Of a stretch of 64,000 nt of DNA, positions 50,979-62,930 are shown piece after piece. Location: the NCBI GenBank assembly GCA_013239625.1, contig MU054220.1:1913509-1977508 (forward strand), written 5' to 3'. This DNA comes from Lama guanicoe. Taxonomy: Eukaryota. The translations under genes and the position numbers were made by a program. A model generated the notes under the pieces. The model had not been told where the DNA came from. It made no database searches and saw only the letters and a list, made by a program, of their open reading frames with translations. Every line of letters begins with the position of its first letter. Within the stretch, counting starts at the first letter, position 1.

Positions 50979-52030
50979 TAAAATACTACTTAAAATAGTA
51001 GCACAAACCATGAAATATTTAGAGATAAATTTAATAAAATGTGTACAATCTGTACATTAAACACTATAAAGTATTGCTGAGAGAAATTAAAGAAGACCTA
51101 AGAAAAAAATGTAGTATGTTCACAGATTGGAAGATTCAATATTGTAAAGATGATAATTCTCCCCAAAATGATCTATAGATTCTTCATATCAATCTTAAAT
51201 CAATCAAATTCTTTTTAGGCTTTTTTAGTAGAAAGAGACAGATTTATTCTAAAAGTTATATGGAAATGCAAGGGACATCTAATACCCAAAACAATCTTGA
51301 AAAAGCAGAAGTTGAAGGGTATATACTACCTTTCTATAAAGCTAAAGTAGTCAAAATTAAATCTCAAAGAATAGGTCAGTGAAACAAAATAGAGAATCCA
51401 GAAATACATCCACATTTGTATAGTCAACTGATTTCTTTTACTAAGGAATCAAAACAATTAAGTGGGAAAAGTAGTCTTCCTAAGAATGGTGCTGGAACAA
51501 ACAACTAGCTGTCCATATGGGGCGGGGGGAGGACCCTGACCTCAACTTCAAAACCACAAACAAAAATTAATTCAAGATGCATTATATACCTAAACATAAA
51601 AGCCAAATTTCTAATGCTTTTAGAATAAAATGTAGAGTAACATTGTTACAAACTTAGTTTAGGCAAAGATGGTTTAGAGTGGACCCAGAAGGTACCAACT
51701 ATTTAAAAGAAAACATTGATAAAATGCACTTTTAAAACTCTTGCTCAATAAAAGTCTCCACTAAGGAAATAAATAAACAAACCAAAGAATGGGAAAAATA
51801 TTTGCAACACACATATCTGACTTGCAACCAGGATATATAAAGAACTGCTGCTCATTTATTAAAACAAACAACACACTAAAAAATGGGCAAAATATTTGAA
51901 GAGGCACTTCACAAAGGAAGTGGTCAATAAGCCATCAACATCATTAGTCATCAGGGAAATGCAAATTAAAACCACAATGAGTTAGAAAGACGAATTCATA
52001 CCCACTAGAAAGGCTAAAATTAAAAAGATT

Positions 52031-52110
52031 ATGCTTGCTTCAGAAGCATATATATTAAAATTGGCCCTTGAGAAAGGATGGCACTCAAATTTGTGAAGAA
52101 ATTCATATTT
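52031..52110 (+). pseudogene. U6 snRNA retro-pseudogene with an internal deletion of about 25 nt
   Basis: atgcttgcttcagaagcatatatattaaaattgg|cccttgagaaaggatggcactcaaatttgtgaagaaattcatattt aligns to U6 GTGCTCGCTTCGGCAGCACATATACTAAAATTGG[AACGATACAGAGAAGATTAGCATGG]CCCCTGCGCAAGGATGACACGCAAATTCGTGAAGCGTTCCATATTTT. Confidence 0.9.
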
Positions 52111-52117
52111 AAAAAAA

Positions 52118-52234
52118 TAACCTTAATTGCAGTAATCATTTCACAATATATACATGTATCAAATCCTCACATTGTACACCTTAAACTTACACAATGTTAT
52201 ATGTCAATTATAACTCAAAGCTAGGGGGGAAAAA
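52118..52234 (+). mobile_element. Extreme 3' end of an L1MA-like element fused behind the U6 copy
   Basis: gtaatcatttcacaatatatacatgtatcaaatc...ttgtacaccttaaacttacacaatgttatatgtcaatta...aaagctagggggg is a typical L1 3' terminus. Confidence 0.8.
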
Positions 52235-52335
52235 GAAGACTGAAAACCAAATGTTAGCAAGAATGTGTAACAACTATTAATTTTCAGACATTGCTGATAG
52301 GAATGTAAAACAGTACAACCGATTTGGAAAATACT

Positions 52336-54580
52336 TTCATGATAAAAACTCTAAACAGACTGGGTATAGAAGTAACATACATCAACGAAATAAAGGCTGC
52401 ATATGACAAGCCCACAGCTAAAATCATATTCAGTGGTGAAAGTTGATAGCTCTCCCTCTAAGATCAGGAAGAAGGGTGCTTACTCTTACCACCCCTATTC
52501 AATGTGGTACTAGAAGTTCTAGCCAGAGCAATTAGGCAAGAAAAAGAAATAAGAAGCATCCAAATCAGAAAGGAAGAAATAAAAACTGTCTCTATTTGCA
52601 GATGACAGGATCTTACACGTAGAAAATCCTAAAAACTCCGATCCAATTCAACAAACTATTAAAACATTAATATATCAATCTAGTAAAGTTGCAGGACACA
52701 AAACCAACATACAAAAATCAGTTGCATTTTTATACACTAACAATAAAGTAACTGAAAAAGAAATAAAGAAAACAATCCTACTCACAATAGCATCAAAAAC
52801 AATAAAATACTTAGGAATAATTTTAATCAAAGAGGTGAAAGATCTGTACATTGAAAACTGTTAAGACTTTGATAAAAGAAATTGAAGAAGACACAAACAA
52901 ATGCAAAGATATCCGTGTTCATGAACTGGAAGAATTAATAATGTTATAATGTTCATATTACCCAAAGCCACACAAAGATTCAGTGTAACCCCTATCAAAA
53001 TTCCAATGGCTTTTTTCACAGAAATAGATAAAACAATCCTAAAATTCATAGTAAACCACAAAAGACCCAGAATAGCTAAAGCAATCCTGAGAAGGAAGAA
53101 CAAAACAGGAGGCATCATACTTCCTGATTTCAAGCTATATTACAGAGCTAAATTAACTAAGAGAATATGGTACCGGCATGAAAACAGATATGTAGAACAA
53201 TGGAACAAAATCAAGAGCCCAGAAATAAACTCATATATATGGTCAACTAATATCTGACAAGATAGTCAAGAAAGAATAGTCTCTTCAATACATGGTGCTG
53301 GGAAAACTGGATACTCACATGCAAAAGAATGAAACTGGACCCCTATCTTACACTAGGCAAAAAAATTAACTGGAAATGAGTTAAAGACTAATGTAAGACC
53401 TGAAACTATAAAACTCCTAGAAGAAAACATAGCGGAAAAGCTCTTTGACATTAGTCTTGGTAACAATTTTTTGAATATATGACACCAAAAGCCCAAGCAA
53501 CAAAAGCAAAAATAAACAAGTGGGAATACATTAAACTAAAAAGCTTCTACACAGCAAAAGAAACAATAAAATGAAAAGGCAACCTACAGAATGGGAGAAA
53601 ATATTTGCAAACCATGTATCAACAAAGGGTTAATATTCAATATATATGGGGAACTCATACAACTTGGTAGCAAAACCCAAATAATCCAATTAAAAAATGA
53701 GCAGAGAACCCAGATAGACATTTTTCCAAAGAATATATGCAGATAGCCAGCAGACAGATAAAAAGATGCTCAGCATCAGTAATCATTAGGGAAATGCAAA
53801 TCAAAACCACAATCACTTCACCTCTGTCAGAATGGTCTCATCAAAAAGACAAGTAACAAGTGCTGGCAGGGATATTAAGAAAAGAGAACTCTTGTGCGCT
53901 GTTGGTGGAATTGTATATTGGTGCAGCCACAATGGAAAACAGTATTGAGGTTCCTCAAAAAATTAAAAATAGAACTGCCACATAATCCATAAATTTCGCT
54001 TCTGGGTATTTACCCAAAGAAAATAAAATCACTAATTCAAAAAGATACCATTATTTACAATAGCTAAGATATGGAAGCAACCTAAATGTTCATTGATAGA
54101 TGAATGGATAAAGAAAATTTTGTGGTACGGATATACAATGGAATACTACTCAGCCATAAAAAGAAACCTTCCCATTTGCAACAACACTAATGAATCTAGA
54201 GGGTATTATGCTAAGTGAAATATGTCAGACAAAGACAAATACTATACAATCTCACTTAAATGTGGACTCTAAAAAGCAAAACAAACAAGCAAACAAAACA
54301 AAATGAAGTCTCATAGACACAGAGAAAAAAATGGATGGCTGCCAGGAAGGCAGGGGGTAAAAAATAGCTGAAGTGGATTAAGAGGTATAAACCTCCAGTT
54401 ATAAAATAAATAAGCCACAAGGATATAACATACAGCTTAAGGAATATGATCAATAATATTATAATAACTTTGTATGGGACCAGATGCTTACTAAACTTAT
54501 CATGGTGATCATAAAGTATGCAAATGTCAAATCATTATGTAGTACACCTGAAACTAACATAATATTGTATGTCAACTATA
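52336..54580 (+). mobile_element. L1MA-like element (RT to 3' UTR), 5'-truncated
   Basis: ORF 52949..53257 ([31 protein letters not shown]) is ORF2. The 3' UTR ends tgtagtacacctgaaactaacataatattgtatgtcaactata. Confidence 0.92.
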
Positions 54581-54589
54581 TATATTTTT

Positions 54590-55135
54590 TTAAAAAGACA
54601 AGTGTTGGTAAGAATGTGGAGAAATTGTAACTCTCATATATTACTGGTGGGAATGTAAAATGGTGCAACCACTCAGGAAAAGTAGTCAAGTAGTTCTCCA
54701 AAAAGTTAAATGTAGAATTACCATGTGACCCAGCATTCCACTCCTTGTATACATCCAAAAAAAATGAAAACATATGTTCACATGAAAACTTCTACACAAA
54801 TGTTCATGACCGTATTATTCATAATGGCCAACAAAGTAGAAAAAACCCAAATGTCTATCAATGGATGAGTAGATAAATTTCCACTATATAGCTATACAAT
54901 GGAATATTATTCGGCCATAAAAAGAAATAAGATATGGATATGATACATACTACAACACGGATTAACCTGGAAAACTCCATTCTAAGTGAAAGAAACCAGA
55001 CACACAAACCCACATATTGTATGGTTCCATCTATATGTAATGTCCAGAATAGGCAAATCCATAGACACAGAAAGTAGATTAGTGGTTGCCTAGAGATGGG
55101 AATGGGTGGATGAGTGGTGGAGAGGGGAGGAGTAA
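54590..55135 (+). mobile_element. L1MB-like 3' fragment
   Basis: caagtgttggtaagaatgtggagaaattg...ccagaataggcaaatccatagacacagaaagtagattagtggttgcctag. Confidence 0.85.
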
Positions 55136-55199
55136 GTAATTATGATAAATTAGAAAGCACTGACAGCTTTATGTTTTCTAAGCCTTCCTTTTTAAGATC

Positions 55200-55600
55200 A
55201 TAGTATGCCTTTCCATATGGCCAAGTCTTCTTTGAGTTCTTCAGGAGTGTTTCAAAGCTTTCTTCATATAGTTCTTGCATATTCTTGTTAGGTTTATTCC
55301 TAGATATTTTACTTCCTTTTGCTTTATAAAGGGACTTTTCTTCTTATTTGAATATATAAAGGCTATTATTTTTCAAATAAATTATTTAGTATATTTTGCT
55401 CAACCACCTTGCTGAACTTTCATAATGTTTATAATAGATTTCAGATTGTCTTGGGCTTTCCAAGTAAGTAATCGTACTGCCTGCAAGTAATGTAATTTTT
55501 CCTTGTCCTGTAAAATTTTTATATCTCTTATTTGTTTTTTTTCCTGCCTAATAGCATTGACTGGTATTTTCAGAAAAAATGTAAATAATGATAGCAAACA
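55200..55600 (-). mobile_element. Ancient L1 ORF2 remnant
   Basis: ORF 55400..55597 (NAIRQEKKQIRDIK..KLHYLQ) is degenerate L1 RT-region sequence. Confidence 0.7.
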
Positions 55601-56139
55601 GTAAATAGTGAACTTGTTTTTATAATTATATCTAGAACTCCTATCTCACATTTCTCCCTTCTGGGAGATGAATGTAACATGAAGGCAAATTAAGATTTAA
55701 AGTTTTAAGAAGAATTTCAGATCTTGATATGATGAAGATATATATGAGATATATGAGAAACATACATGAGGAAAAGCTTCTATGTTAAAAAAAAACATAT
55801 TATACAAATGTTATCCAGCCCAATCTCAACTATGTAAAAACGACAATGTATAAGAAATATTAGACCACAGAGAGAGGCCTCAGGAGAAACTGAACCACTG
55901 ACACCCTGATTTGGACTCCTAGCCTCCAGACTGTAAGAAAATAAATTTCTGTTCTTGAAGCCAAAAAAACACAAACAACTAGAAATAATTAGCAAATATA
56001 TTAATGGTGAGTGCTGTCAGTAGTGGATTTATAAGTGATTATTTTTCTGCTTCATTATACTTTGCTGTACTGCTACATTTCTACAATAAGCAAGTGTTTC
56101 TTTAATGATCAGAAAAACATACTGAGGGAAAAAAAGAAT

Positions 56140-56390
56140 TAATCAAGCACACTGCTTTTTGGCTGAATGTGACTTGGAACTTGTGTCTTGACGTTTGAAA
56201 TCCCTGTCGCCATGCTCTCCTGACTCAGGCCAGTTCTGTGATCTACATTGAGAATGCTTTATCTGTTTATTCCATCTGGCGAGGTAGTCTGCAGTGTAAT
56301 TCCATGATGTCATTTTTCTCCTGCTCTTCTTTTATCTGAATCCAGATGTTCTCCAACATGCTCCCGCCCTCAGATTTGTGTCTAGATATC
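56140..56390 (-). mobile_element. CR1/L3 LINE endonuclease-domain fossil
   Basis: Minus translation from 56359 is MLENIWIQIKEEQEKNDIMELHCRLPRQME*TDKAF, then after a frameshift RDFKRQDTSSKSHSAK. This parallels the CR1 ORF2 pattern ESLWVRI..DI.VGVCYRPP.Q.EE.D..F..GDFN.PDICW. Confidence 0.65.
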
Positions 56391-56639
56391 TATGCAACTA
56401 TAGATCTTTTTGATACCAAATTGCTCTTAAGTCTTTAAGTATACTTCTTTTTTGTTGCCCCTGATTCTCCCCATAAGACCTCTGAATGACCCACAGAAGG
56501 AAGTATTCCACAAGTAAACCTGCTCATTGATACTCCTGAGCATTAACTCTCCTTGAGCAAGCATTTTTCTAAAGTTTTTGAACCTTGGGATGTCTCCTAA
56601 TACACTCCAAGGAAACCCTTCCCTAGCCAAGATGATGAC

Positions 56640-57780
56640 TTTTGGAGATACAGCCTTCTTGGAGGAAGTCCAGAAACCATACTGATTGGCTTTATTACAA
56701 GTTTGTACGATCTAACTTCAACTGGATGCTTAATGGCTACTGGTAATCCTTCCAGTCATCTCCTTTTAAATTTGTATTGCATTCCTTACAGCAGCTGTCC
56801 AAGACAATTTCCATTCTCAAATTTCCAAACTAACCCTTTGCCTCAACCCCCAACTCTTAGCAGATAACCTAATTTATTGAGATTGAAGTCATCTGATTTT
56901 TTAATGCTTCAGTTTCCTTCCTCTATACCTTAATACTCCTCTGTGTCTTCACTTATCCCCACTTCTTTCTTGCCTCTCTCAAAAAAAAAAAATCTTTTCT
57001 TTCTCTTACTAAGATTAATCTCTCCTTCTGCGCTCTTGAGTCCATGTTCTCTCAGTTTCCCTGGGACCTTGCTCTGTCAATTATTCCCCTTACACTTGCA
57101 TCTGTAATCTTGCCTTCTCCATTAACTCCTTGCTATTTACTTACATATATTTAAGTGGCCCCTTAATCTAAAAAAACTTTTATAGTCTACTTAGTAAAGC
57201 TAACTTCTTCTCTGTTTTTCAAGGCCAAATTTCTCGGAAGAGAGTGTGCTATATTCATTATCTCTTCTTCCTTCCCATCCATTCATTCACTCAGTAGCCC
57301 CTTCAATCTTGCTTCCACCCCTCAACTAAAACTGTTCTCTTGAAAGTTACTGGCATCTCCCAATCATCATAGATTCAAAGGATTCTTTCTTAGTTCTCCA
57401 TCTGTGAGAACTGATAGTTTCTCATTCTTTCGTTGAAACTCTCCTCCTCTGGCTTCTATAATGGCATATTATGCTATTTCTCTTCCTACATGCTGGCTGC
57501 TTCCTCCCTCATTCTTTTTCCTTCTCTCACCCTTTAAATATAAGTGTTCTCCAAATTTCTGCCCTTATGCCTCTCTCTCACTACACTTTCATTCCTCAGT
57601 GATCTCATCCCTTCACAGGATTTAGTTTCTGACTATACTTCTACTTCTTATCTCTTTATTAGTCTTGAATCCCTGCTGGACAAGTTCATTTGAAAGGTTC
57701 ACTGGCTTTTCAAACTCAGTTGATTCCAAACCAAACTATAGTAGCCACTCTTTCAACCAACTCCACTTAAACTCACTGAA
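56640..57780 (+). mobile_element. L2 internal fragment
   Basis: Pyrimidine-rich L2 signatures (aaaactgttctcttgaaagttac; ttgaaactctcctcctctggcttc; gatctcatcccttcacagg). Confidence 0.72.
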
Positions 57781-57799
57781 TCTTCTGTTTTTCACGTTT

Positions 57800-59800
57800 C
57801 ATTTTTTTAAAGTATGCTTGTGCTGCTACTTCTTGATTTTAAAATTTTAAACATTATCTTTGGACTCAGTTGAAGATGGCAGATTATCTTTTTCACCACC
57901 CACACACATTTCCCATCCATCCGTCTTTCTAATATAGCTGTAGTACCAATTTTAGCTTAGAATATGCAGTATTTATATTTTTATGCTACATAAATATTCA
58001 CATCCAAGCCACAAAGTATGTTATTATTACATTTTCTTTCTTATATAACTTTTTGTTTTTCTTGGAATAATTACCTCTTTTGGGTTTGCTTGGAGTTTCT
58101 AAGTATTAATCACTACTACTTTAACTGAAGTATTAATCTCTAATTCTCCAATTGAATGTAATCTAACACAACAGTTTTTTCAGTTCTATTTTGTAATTTT
58201 CTTGCAGACATGCCTTCTGGAGCTTTCTGCTGCTGCAATTTGAATTGCTTGCTTTCTAGCTCTCCTGCATAAATGGTTGTCCTGGGACATTATCATCCTA
58301 AGAATTCTCTTTACTTCTCTCCTGTATTGGATCCTTTGTTTTGAAATCTCATAATCTCATCTTTTTAGATTTATTCCCATTTTTGTGTGAAACACATCCT
58401 CCAGTAGTTTCATGAGAAAAGCCATATGGGAATTAAAATTTATAAGCTCTTGCCTATCTAAAAAGCTATATTCTATTCTCATAGTTGATTGATAATTTGG
58501 TTTGGTACAGAATTCTAGGGTTGGAAATAATTTTCCCTTAGAATTCTGAAAGCATTGCTCTTTTGATTTTTAGCTTCAGTGCTGCTGTGGAGGAGCCTGC
58601 TGGTATTGGAATGCCTCTATTCTCTCTTCCTGGGAGTCCAGTCTTTTCGATGTTATCCTCCTGGATGAGGCCTCTAATTTTCTCGTATTTTCGTCTTATT
58701 TTCTATTCCTTTGCCTCTTTTGGACAATTTCCTCAACTGTATCTTTCAGCCGTTCTACTGAATTTTTTTATGCTATTATATTTTTAATTTCCAAGAACTC
58801 TTTCTTGTTCTTTTTTTTTTTCTTACAGCAAGCTTGTCTTAGTTAATGGATCCAATATCTTCTTTTTCCCCTAAGGATGTTAATGTTAGCTTTCTTAAAA
58901 AGTTTTCTTCTGTTCCTGTATTGTCACTGCTCCTTTTGAGTTTCCCCATCCTCTACTCTGTTTGTTTCATCTTGGTTTCTGGCTATCATGTTAGAGACTC
59001 CCCTAGTGCCTGGTGATCCCTGACTATGTCCATTCATACTTAGAGTGAGAAATAAAAAAGCTGGTTTTCTGGGATGGAGTTTCTTGACACTGAGCTTCAT
59101 TGTAGAAAGAATAGGTTAAGATGTGGTCATTTCACAGTAGAACTCCTAAATGTCAGGTTTGTAAGGACTTTTTCTGGGGCTACTTCTGTTTCTCCAGAAA
59201 ATAGTCCAGGCTCATGATTGAGGGGCATCCATTTGGCAGCCAGCATTCTGAGAGCTCAGCAAAGGAGGGAAGGGGAATGAGGTATCAACATACAGCATAG
59301 AGACAGTGGCTTACTCTCCTTGCTTTCATTAGGCCATCTCACCTCTGCTTCTTGGAAGGCAGATACGCTCACCAATATACCAGCAACACTCTGCAGAACT
59401 TGGTATTCTTGAGCTGAGAGTTCCTCCAGCTTAGTCTCTCCAATCTTCTACTTGATGGAGAAGTGGAGTGACCTTGATGCTTGACGTGAAGAGGATCTGG
59501 GGATCCAACTGTTCCTTATAAAGATTTCCAACAAATCCTTCTGTTGTCAGCTCTCCTCATACCCCTGATTTCAGAGAACCTGGCACCTCCAATTCTTGAA
59601 TCCTTCTAGACTTCTGTGGTACAAACAGATGTCTTTCTTTTTTGTAAGTTAGCCATCAGCTTTCTATGCCAAATCAGTTCCCACTTCTCCATCTGCTGTC
59701 CACCTTCTAAAATTTAGTTGACACCTATCATTTATTGTCATGTCTTCTCTTGTTCTCCTTTTCCTCTTGGCTTTAATTCTTTCCCCCACTTTATTATAAA
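57800..59800 (-). mobile_element. Ancient L1 (L1ME/MD-like) 5'-region remnant
   Basis: gataatttggtttggtacagaattctagggttggaaataattttcccttagaattctgaaagcattgctc is typical of the antisense old-L1 ORF1 region; boundaries uncertain. Confidence 0.6.
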
Positions 59801-59859
59801 TTTAGTGCACTTGATAGAGAGAGTGCTAATAAACAAGTGTATTTGACCTGACACTACCA

Positions 59860-60090
59860 GTGGTCTGTAACTGTGTATTTACATGCCCATTTTCTCTCCA
59901 GCTAGACTGTGAGCTCCTTAAAAACTGAACTATTTCCTCCTCCTTTTAGTTCCAGCATCTAGAATAATACCTGGCACAGAGGACACACTCAGCAAACACT
60001 GTTGAAGAATGAATAGATGAATGAATGAGTTCTCTGCATACCTTTCATCACCTAGCACAGTGCTTTGACCACTGAAAGTACTTAAAAATA
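59860..60090 (+). mobile_element. L2 3' end(s)
   Basis: ctagactgtgagctcctt...cctggcacagaggacacactcagcaaacactgttgaagaatgaatagatgaatgaatga. Confidence 0.82.
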
Positions 60091-60769
60091 CATGAATTCA
60101 AAAGGGGAGCTTTATGGTTAACATTCTGTATTTAGAATGTAAAATATATGATTCTCAGAAAGACTCATTTGCCTGGTAGGTATAGATTACATGGCCACAG
60201 TATTTAGGGTATGTACCACACATCTAATGTAGTCATGTTAGCCAAGGAACTACTAAAAGCAAATCCTGATGCCGTTGTTTGAAAAGTCTCAATCTTAATA
60301 TCTTTCTAAAAAATAAAGTTTTGTTTTTGTTTTGACTCCTATCCTTCATGCCATACTTTTTGATTTTTAATAGAGGAAAGGTGTAGGAATATGATAATCA
60401 CAAATTAAAAGACTATACAAAAAGCCACTGACCGAATTGAGAACAAGCTTATGGATAGAGAGGACAGCATTATAGAGCACATGTACCAAAGGTTTCCTGT
60501 CTCAATGCATTAAAATAATGAAATGTTCATAGCAGTCGTAATTTTTATATCACTTCAATGTTCAGAATAACTGTATTTACTTTTCTAGAATCTGCTTTTT
60601 AAAATGCTCACGTATACTAAAATATAATTTGCAACGTATCAAAATAAAGATGTCTTATGGAATGAACTTGACAATAAAGCAAATTTCTCTACCACAAATA
60701 TTTGCTTACTACTCTAGATAAGCTGGTTTCCCCACTTTCCAGACACCAGTATTAGCACGTCAGTGCTCA

Positions 60770-61065
60770 AGCCGCCTGAAACGTCCTCTTCCCTCCTCCT
60801 AGTCAAATTCTGTGCATCTTTTAAGGCCCAAACTGAGCCGCTTCTCTTCAGTGAAAACATCCACATGGCCTCTCCTCTTCCTTGAAGCCTCCAGCGCTTC
60901 TTTGAACCACATATCCTAACACCTGACTACACTCTACCCTATGCCAGCCTTTAGCTGTCTTCCCAGCTAGAACATAAGCATCTTGATGGCCGGGCCACAG
61001 TCTTCTTTTCTATTCTTCATAACTCCTGGTACCACTTTGGGCCCATAGCAGATGGTCAAACAAAA
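60770..61065 (+). mobile_element. L2 fragment
   Basis: catcttttaaggcccaaactgag...cccagctagaacataagcatcttgatggccggg. Confidence 0.65.
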
Positions 61066-61846
61066 TTTTCTTTTTTTCAAAATAAAAATAGCTTTATTTT
61101 TATTGACTGTGATTATAAAAATCTTACATGGTCATTATAAAAAACAAACAATATAGAAACGTGTGGGGAAAAAAGGTAAAATCCCAGCACTGAGAGAAAA
61201 CCACTAATAACATTTTAGTAAACTTCTTTCCATATAGTTTTATATGCATATAAACATATACAGACATAAATATAATTTTATATAAAAAGGATTATACCAT
61301 CCTGCTTTTTTGCCACTTGAGACAATAAATGTAGATTTTCAGTGTCTACCTAAGATTGTATTACTTCCTTGTCCATCGTTGCTTCTTGAAGTTAATTTTG
61401 CTTTGAAAGCAGAAGTGTTATTCCAAGGAATTATTGGCCAATTTGCATGACAGGTAAGTTTTCAAGCATTGGAATTATATATTTTTTCAGACTACTAATT
61501 CTTTTGTAATCAGACCCATTTTGATGATAACATGGTTAAATTTATTTATTTGTTCATATTTTAAAAGATACTGATCACCTGGTAAAGATTTTCATAGACT
61601 ACCCATTAATTTTTGTATGTTTTGTTACATATCTTTCCTGAGGTTTCAATCAGCTAATACATTCTTATGTTCCTCCTGCAAGTGACATGGGAGGTGATAA
61701 ACACTCTCTGCTGTTAAGTTTTGTCTCACTTGTACAGCCTCTTAGCACTAAAATACCTTTAAATGATCATGGTGATGGCAGAGCCTACTTTGTATAATTT
61801 GTTCATGCAAAATCTACCAATATTGGACTTTTGAGAAATGATAATT

Positions 61847-61894
61847 TATCACAATCACCTGCTAAGCTTTTAAAAATGCATGGGCCCCACACAA
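61847..61894 (+). repeat. Exact 48-bp dispersed direct repeat, copy 1 (copy 2 at 63586-63633)
   Basis: tatcacaatcacctgctaagcttttaaaaatgcatgggccccacacaa is identical at both positions, 1739 bp apart. Confidence 0.97.
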
Positions 61895-62629
61895 TTTAAA
61901 GCTCCCTTTTGATCTTATGTATCCAGAAAACCAGCATGCAACTCACAAAGTTTCTTCTCATCAAGCTCTGTGCCAGATGAGAATTTCCCAAACTGTCTTT
62001 TAAATCAGGGCAAGGGGAAAAGAACAGGGCAGGGAATCCTTGGCTGCAACAGCCGGCTTCAAAGAATTCAGTGTGCTGGGAACAACAGCCAACTGGGTGC
62101 GACTGACTGCACCCTTGCACCAAAGCCAGAGAACAAAGATGAAGCGTGAGGAAATTAAGGAGATTCTTGAAGTGACTTCCCAGGAGGAATCTCAGACCAG
62201 CCACACCCAGTCCCTTCATCTTAGTAAATAACTCAGCAAAACTGCAAATGGGTCTAGCTGAGTCCCTGCAGGATCCTGTCCCACAGAGTAGGGGATTTCT
62301 TCCTCGTTGCAGCTACTTGCAACTTCCCAGACCCAGGCTTGCCTGCAGGCGAAGTATGTGCTCTCCCCAAGTCACGGCATGTTTATCAGAAGATGAACAA
62401 ACAAACAGCAAATAGCTCTTGGAGGGTTTTCCCTATTTCCTGGCAGCAGCAGGAGGGCAGCTGTTGTATGGTTAAACTGGGATCTGGCCTTTTTAATACA
62501 GTTTTAAAAGTTTCTACTAGAAACCTATTTTCTGTCTATCTGTGATGGTTAAACTGACTGCTCCTTCCAATGCGGGTTGAACTTACTGGAAATGGACTAT
62601 AAATAAGCATGGCTCATCCAATCACCCAG

Positions 62630-62930
62630 CAGGCATTCATTAATTGATTCTCCCAGCATTTTCTGAGCACCTACAACAAGCAAAGGCACTGAATGGGCCT
62701 TCAGAGAAAAAATATGCTGTCTCCGCCCCCAAAGGAACTAACAATGATACCACAATGACACAAGCAACTGGCATTGATGGAGCAGTTATTATGGGCCAAG
62801 GTTACTAAGTGCTTTAGTCCGTTATCTCATTCAGTTAATTTTCACAACACTGAAGTAGTGTACTCTCCATTTTACAGGTGAGAAAACTAAGGCCTGAAAC
62901 AGTAACCCTGGTGACACAGCTATACCCAAT
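62630..62930 (-). mobile_element. L2 tail (62630-62740) and MIR (62750-62930)
   Basis: cagcattttctgagcacctacaacaagc; ctccattttacaggtgagaaaactaaggcctga. Confidence 0.7.

Larger units (their letters stand above)
48610..52335 (+). mobile_element. Ancient L1 ORF2 (L1M-type) hosting later insertions
   Basis: Degenerate ORF2 (actcattttatgaggccagtataatcctga; ctctcaccacttctatttaacatt; attggaagattcaatattgtaaagatg; cagggaaatgcaaattaaaaccacaatgag) continues colinearly across the SINE, young L1 and U6 inserts. Confidence 0.85.

Noticed and set aside
61896..62231. ORFs 61896..62219(-) and 62040..62231(+) as the missing upstream CSTPP1 exon
   Set aside because: Neither ORF nor the other frames I read matches the expected upstream CSTPP1 peptide.
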